From Candidatus Cloacimonadales bacterium (lineage in GTDB: Bacteria > Cloacimonadota > Cloacimonadia > Cloacimonadales > JAFGVF01): a DNA stretch of 64,000 bases. The DNA lies in the NCBI GenBank assembly GCA_963678315.1, contig OY782781.1:2368001-2432000 (forward strand). Reading direction: 5' to 3'. Position numbers and translations under genes: made by a program. Positions 59,256 to 64,000 of this stretch are shown in pieces (the stretch's first letter is position 1; every line of letters begins with the position of its first letter). The notes beneath the pieces are model-generated. The model worked only from the letters and a program-made list of their open reading frames with translations. It was not told the origin of the DNA and did no database searches.

Positions 59256-60792
59256 AATTACACAAAAAGACTATAAGAACTTTTCGGACATTGCTTCTAA
59301 AACTTCCAGTGTAAAGCCCTTTCACAATGACACACCTAGAAAACAGAAGCAAAGAATAAGGAAGGCTACCAGTAATGGCTGGTCAGCCTTCTCTTATTTT
59401 TGTGTAAGTTATTTCCCTCACATCTTCAAGCTTGAATTTGCAGATGCTCACAAGGAAATGTTTAAGATTACTGAAAAGTATAATGGAGTAACATCAATTA
59501 CAGGCTTTAGAGGACTTGGCAAAACTGTTCTCATGGGTGTAGTATATCCTATCTGGAAGATTATTAAAGGCGAACGATATGTTATCCATACTGCTGCTGA
59601 TGCAGATTTAGCAGAAGAGAGAACATCATTTACTTACAATGAGTTAACTCAGAATAAAAGACTCCAACTTGATTTTGATGGTATATCACCAATAGATAGA
59701 GATGAGTCTGATTTTTATCTTCAGAATAAATGTAGAATCAGAGCTAGAGGTATTAAACAGTCTTTTAGAGGATCTATCAACCCAAGAACTTCAACTCGTC
59801 CTGGACTAGTTATCTGTGATGATATAGATAAAGAAGAAAACATTGGTAATCAATCCATTGGTAAAAAGAAGATGGATAAGATTATTCAAGAGATTGGTGG
59901 TGCTTTAGATCCAGCTGGAAATGGTAAGATTATCTGGCTTGGTAATTTAGCACATCCTAATTATGCTATCTGTCAATTTCAACAAGACATTATTGATGAA
60001 CTCAAATCTGATATTCCAGAATTCAATCCTGAGACAGTTCAGCATCTTTATGGCTTAGAAAAAAGACTTCTAAGATTCCCACTAGAAAATCAAGATGGGT
60101 ACAGTGTCTGGGAGAAACAATATCCAACTACTCAACTCCCAAAGTTAAAGAAGAAGTTTGGTTTAACAGGTTATCAGAGAGAGTTTTTAGGTAAACCAGT
60201 TATTGAAGGCAATATGTTTAAATACCATTGGTTTATCAAATATCCCACTCTTCCAAAGAGATTTAAAAGAGTATGGATGTATGCAGACCCAGCATGGGGA
60301 GAGAAAGGTTGTTACAAGGCTATTATCTCCATTGGTTATGATGGATATAAGTTTTATGTTATCCATGTATGGATTAGACAGACTGAAAACAGCAAGTTCT
60401 TTAATTATTATTATGATGCTTATAATGAGCTATCCAGGAAGTATGGAATTAGATTTAGATCAGCCATGGAAACTAACTTTGGACAGCATAGAATATTAGC
60501 TGACTTTGATTTATGGTGTAAGGAAAACAATCGCCATCCAATATCACACAGAATCAGAAGAATCAATAATGACAAGAACAAGAATCTTAGAATTGAGAGA
60601 ACTGATACAACCATTGAAACAGGAAAAGTACTATTTCCTGATGGTCAAGATACTCCTACTCTTATAAATCAGTATTTAACCTATCCAGATGGTTATGTTG
60701 ATGGTCCTGATGCTTTAGCTGGATGTTTAGAGAGATTCCCAGAGTATGATACAGGAAAATCAAGAGTCAGAGTAAGGAGTTTTTCATTTTGA
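59248..60792 (+). CDS. Terminase large subunit
   Basis: GFRGLGKT (Walker A), RPGLVICDDID (Walker B), YQREF, ADPA, E-N and DGPDAL nuclease motifs. Confidence 0.85.
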   Translation: MVRITQKDYKNFSDIASKTSSVKPFHNDTPRKQKQRIRKATSNGWSAFSYFCVSYFPHIFKLEFADAHKEMFKITEKYNGVTSITGFRGLGKTVLMGVVYPIWKIIKGERYVIHTAADADLAEERTSFTYNELTQNKRLQLDFDGISPIDRDESDFYLQNKCRIRARGIKQSFRGSINPRTSTRPGLVICDDIDKEENIGNQSIGKKKMDKIIQEIGGALDPAGNGKIIWLGNLAHPNYAICQFQQDIIDELKSDIPEFNPETVQHLYGLEKRLLRFPLENQDGYSVWEKQYPTTQLPKLKKKFGLTGYQREFLGKPVIEGNMFKYHWFIKYPTLPKRFKRVWMYADPAWGEKGCYKAIISIGYDGYKFYVIHVWIRQTENSKFFNYYYDAYNELSRKYGIRFRSAMETNFGQHRILADFDLWCKENNRHPISHRIRRINNDKNKNLRIERTDTTIETGKVLFPDGQDTPTLINQYLTYPDGYVDGPDALAGCLERFPEYDTGKSRVRVRSFSF

Positions 60793-61667
60793 CATATTAC
60801 GATAAATTAATATATCAGTATTATCAAGTTTTGAATAATTCATGGAAAAAAGAAATCAAAGAATCAGCCAAGCAAGCTCTTCAGATGCTCACAGATCTTC
60901 CAAAGCATGAACGAGTAAATAAGAGCCATATAGACGATATCTTAAATATTATATCTTCCAACCTTAACGAAGACTTTTCATCTCTTATACGTAGCGATAC
61001 TAAGTCTTTTATCAAAAGAAACCTGCTACTAGGTCTTAACGATTCACAAAAGCAAGTTCCACACAACACAAAAATAGGAATGTATGGTATCAGAGAAAAC
61101 AAATTAGAGACTCTTATAACTAAACAAAATCTCTTCTGGATTGGAAATAGATATGGCACAGATATAGAAGAGAAGTTCAAGAACACACTCAAAGAATCAA
61201 TATCTTCTGGTTACACCAAGAAAATGCTAGCAAATAAGCTTAAAGAAGAGTTCAAATCTCTTGGAGATAAGTCTCAACACTACTGGCAAGGTTTAGCAGA
61301 GCACACAGCCCTTAGAATACGAGAATTTGGCAGATTAGAAGGATATCATAAAGCTAGAGCTACAAGTTATAGACTTGTTGTGATACTTGATGATAGGACT
61401 TCGGAGATATGCAGAGCTCTTTCTGCCCAGAATAAAGTCTATCCAGTAGATACAGCTATAGAGACTATGAATGAGCTACTCAACATAGATAACAACAAAC
61501 ACTCACTTGAATCAGTAAGAGAGAAAACTAAACAAATAGCTCCCTGGGTATCTGATAAGCAAATAAAAAGAGACTCCATAGGTCAACCCATTGGAGTCTC
61601 TGGAAATTATTCACCTTTTCCACCGTATCATTGGAGATGTAGGACTACTACTGATATTGATTATTAG
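60789..61667 (+). CDS. Mu gpF/SPP1 gp7-like head morphogenesis (minor head) protein
   Basis: ILDDRTSEICRAL and PPYHWRCRTT. Confidence 0.85.
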   Translation: MTYYDKLIYQYYQVLNNSWKKEIKESAKQALQMLTDLPKHERVNKSHIDDILNIISSNLNEDFSSLIRSDTKSFIKRNLLLGLNDSQKQVPHNTKIGMYGIRENKLETLITKQNLFWIGNRYGTDIEEKFKNTLKESISSGYTKKMLANKLKEEFKSLGDKSQHYWQGLAEHTALRIREFGRLEGYHKARATSYRLVVILDDRTSEICRALSAQNKVYPVDTAIETMNELLNIDNNKHSLESVREKTKQIAPWVSDKQIKRDSIGQPIGVSGNYSPFPPYHWRCRTTTDIDY

Positions 61668-61671
61668 CGAA

Positions 61672-62682
61672 CTATCCTTTAGTGCAATATTTTATGTATT
61701 CTTCTGTAAAGCTATTAGATAGTTCTGTATCTTCATAAATAATATCAAATTGGTTACTTAAATAAGCTCTGCACATTGTTTTAACTTCCCTTTGTCCAGC
61801 TATATGAATTACTTTTTGTTCAATTTTCAGATTTATTTTTTTTGCAGTATGACTTTGGGTACCAATAATAATTCCTCTGTCAACTTTATCTCTAACAAGA
61901 ACCTCAATCATCCTTTGTTTCACTTGTTTGGTTACCTCTCTATTGTACCAGTTTTTTATTTCAACATAAATAGCTTCAGATGTAATTGGATCTTCTAATA
62001 TTAAGTCTTTTCCTCCATCTTTACTACTAGGAGTAAGAAAAGTTTTATACCCCAATCCTTCAAATAATTCTGCAAATAAATGTTCAACATTCCTCCAATC
62101 TATTTTTTTAAAAATGTTACCATCTCTAACAAGTTCATGAATTAAAGATTTACAAGCATTCCTAATTATCATATAATATGGAGATTTGTTTAACTCATCA
62201 TATTTCTCAATAGTTCGTAATAATCCATTCTCCCATAATCTAATTAGTTGGTCATACACTATATGTGCTTTTCGTATAAATAACTCTTGGGGGATCTTTT
62301 GAGAAAAATCATCAGGTAAGAAGTTTTCTAACAGAATAGAGTTAATCCTTAAACTATTTCTAAGCTCTTTGATTTTCAATGGTAATTTATTCTCATTTTC
62401 AACATCTAACATAATAACAGTCACAGGAATATCATGTGAAGTAGCATATTGTAACTCAGTCTCAACTAAGGTATGCCCCCATGCATCTCTAATTGAAGGT
62501 AATTCAGACCCTATTATAAAGACAAAATGATTGGATAAATCAATCAAAGATTTAACATCTCGTGATTCTTCTCCATTTTTTTCTAAAACCGTATACCCTA
62601 ATCTAGTTAAAACTTTTCTAACTATGTTTCGAACAAAAGGTGATAGTCCTGTAAAAGGACCTGAAATGAATACATTTTTCAA
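61672..62682 (-). CDS. DUF4062-like (TIR/NDT-like) N-domain fused to an Mrr-like PD-(D/E)xK restriction endonuclease
   Basis: VFISG...R...LGY, FVFIIG, ETELQYA; WRNVEHLFAELFEGLGY...KDGGKDL...YVEIK; TTG start with AGGAG. Confidence 0.75.
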   Translation of the reverse strand: MKNVFISGPFTGLSPFVRNIVRKVLTRLGYTVLEKNGEESRDVKSLIDLSNHFVFIIGSELPSIRDAWGHTLVETELQYATSHDIPVTVIMLDVENENKLPLKIKELRNSLRINSILLENFLPDDFSQKIPQELFIRKAHIVYDQLIRLWENGLLRTIEKYDELNKSPYYMIIRNACKSLIHELVRDGNIFKKIDWRNVEHLFAELFEGLGYKTFLTPSSKDGGKDLILEDPITSEAIYVEIKNWYNREVTKQVKQRMIEVLVRDKVDRGIIIGTQSHTAKKINLKIEQKVIHIAGQREVKTMCRAYLSNQFDIIYEDTELSNSFTEEYIKYCTKG

Positions 62683-62691
62683 ATAAAGCTC

Positions 62692-63177
62692 CTAATTTCT
62701 TTTATCTATCATATCTTCAATTTCTGCTTCCTGAATTTTATTTCTCGCGAAACTTATTGGAAATAAACTTAGTATCAAACTCCAAATTAATAGTAGAGTC
62801 TGTATTGATATGAGTGAAAATAATACACCTCTGAATATTAATTTGTAGGAGAAAAGATTTTTAAATTGGTAAACTAAAGGACTAAAGACACTAAACAGTA
62901 AACTAAAAATTATTATCAATGTAGAATAAAGTAATGGTTTTGATAACCTGTCGAAATTTTCTACTTTTCGATATTTACCATCATATGCTACTTTTAGTAA
63001 CTCTGGCTGTATAATTGCAATCCAAGCTCCCATTATACCAAATATTATTGCCGATGTTGTTCTTAGTGATTCAAGGGTTGCAAATTGATTAGAAACTGGA
63101 ATTTTCATTCCTAGAAAAAAAGAGCAAACTGTGATAAGAGTTATCATAACAATAAAAATTAATGTTTTTATTTTCAT
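62692..63177 (-). CDS. Four-TM membrane protein of unknown function
   Basis: Four hydrophobic segments; LESLRTTSAIIFGIMGAWIAII motif; 2-bp gap to the upstream gene. Confidence 0.75.
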   Translation of the reverse strand: MKIKTLIFIVMITLITVCSFFLGMKIPVSNQFATLESLRTTSAIIFGIMGAWIAIIQPELLKVAYDGKYRKVENFDRLSKPLLYSTLIIIFSLLFSVFSPLVYQFKNLFSYKLIFRGVLFSLISIQTLLLIWSLILSLFPISFARNKIQEAEIEDMIDKRN

Positions 63178-63179
63178 TA

Positions 63180-63998
63180 TTAGTCCTCAATTCTTGAAAG
63201 GATGATATCTCTTTTAGCTGTTAGAGCTTCTTTTAGTGAATTAATGTCATATAATTCTGTACTCTTATGAGTAACATCAATATCTAGTTCCCCTTTGACT
63301 ATACTCTTACTTAACCAGTACGTTTCTCTATCTCCTTCTAAATTGAATCCTATATCGGATATTGTACCTTCATCTTTATTTTGCCAAGTGTTTAAAAGAT
63401 CATTCACGTTGTTTTCGCTTGGATTGTAATTCGATTCATACTTAAAGTTCAGAACTTTATTGGAGACCTTATTAATATCGTGAATCCCTGTGATTTTCAG
63501 GAATGATTGAATAACATTTAAATCCTTTTCAATCTGTATATCTAACTTCATCTTAGTAATTAGTTTTCTGACATCTGAAAATCTACTCTTTAGTAAATCT
63601 AGCTGACCACCCAATAATAGAAGATGAGACTCAAAAAAAGGATAGATAAGTTCATTCTGTTTGAAATGTTCTAGGTTCTCAATGCTAGGAGTTTTAATCC
63701 TAAAATCCCCTACCCTCTTCTCTTTAACAAATTTTGAATGAAATTGTAAAAAACTCTGCAAATATTGACAAAACTGTCTATTTCCGTTAACAATATGATT
63801 AAATCTAACAGTTAAATAAATGTTCTTCGAAGGAATTATCCAAAAGTAGGTACCATATCCAGGTACATAACCCTCTTCAAATTTAGTATCTTTCACATCA
63901 GCTTGATCAATAGGCTTAGTTGAGTTAATAGCACTAACACTATTATCTGTTGTTGGTGTTTCATTCCAAGTTGTAAGGAATATATCCCCATACTCATT
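63180..63998 (-). CDS. Soluble hypothetical protein, 5' end beyond the window
   Basis: Frame stays open to the edge (NEYGDIFLTTWNETP...PGYGTYFWIIP...), so the listed GTG at 63896 is probably not the true start. Confidence 0.75.
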   Translation of the reverse strand, partial: NEYGDIFLTTWNETPTTDNSVSAINSTKPIDQADVKDTKFEEGYVPGYGTYFWIIPSKNIYLTVRFNHIVNGNRQFCQYLQSFLQFHSKFVKEKRVGDFRIKTPSIENLEHFKQNELIYPFFESHLLLLGGQLDLLKSRFSDVRKLITKMKLDIQIEKDLNVIQSFLKITGIHDINKVSNKVLNFKYESNYNPSENNVNDLLNTWQNKDEGTISDIGFNLEGDRETYWLSKSIVKGELDIDVTHKSTELYDINSLKEALTAKRDIILSRIED

Positions 63999-64000
63999 TT

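Larger units (their letters stand above)
49578..64000 (+). mobile_element. Mu-like (transposable) prophage, left part; continues beyond the window
   Basis: Repressor/Ner-like divergent switch, DDE transposase, MuB-like ATPase, DUF3164-like gene, terminase, gpF-like gene; left boundary inferred from the duplication junction. Confidence 0.9.

Overview
AT-rich bacterial chromosome segment. Gene content suggests an anaerobic diderm, possibly Cloacimonadota-like (weak inference). (1) 1-19.4 kb: two convergent operons for anaerobic purine/urate catabolism. They encode a hydantoinase-like enzyme, two different xanthine-dehydrogenase-family enzymes, YgeW, YgeY, SsnA, GuaD, XdhC and a MocA-like protein. 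An atypical PLP enzyme and a DPYD-like fused reductase sit where YgeX and YgfK would be expected. trxB and an outer-membrane-type gene lie between the operons. (2) Intergenic palindromic repeats, including a 4x77-bp tandem array and a modular composite element seen twice. (3) 20-35.5 kb: housekeeping genes (asparaginase, SurA-like, mutS, SPOR/TPR, U32, rho, tRNA-Lys, MFS, recF, dnaN with no adjacent dnaA). (4) 36-48 kb: accessory, redox and signalling genes. (5) A six-tRNA cluster. (6) From about 49.6 kb to the window end: a Mu-like transposable prophage. Its left 1936 bp are tandemly duplicated, with the junction at the repressor's Ala-Gly autocleavage site. It carries a DUF2971-type moron and an antisense three-gene candidate anti-phage cassette. 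All family calls come from motif recognition by eye; no searches were run.
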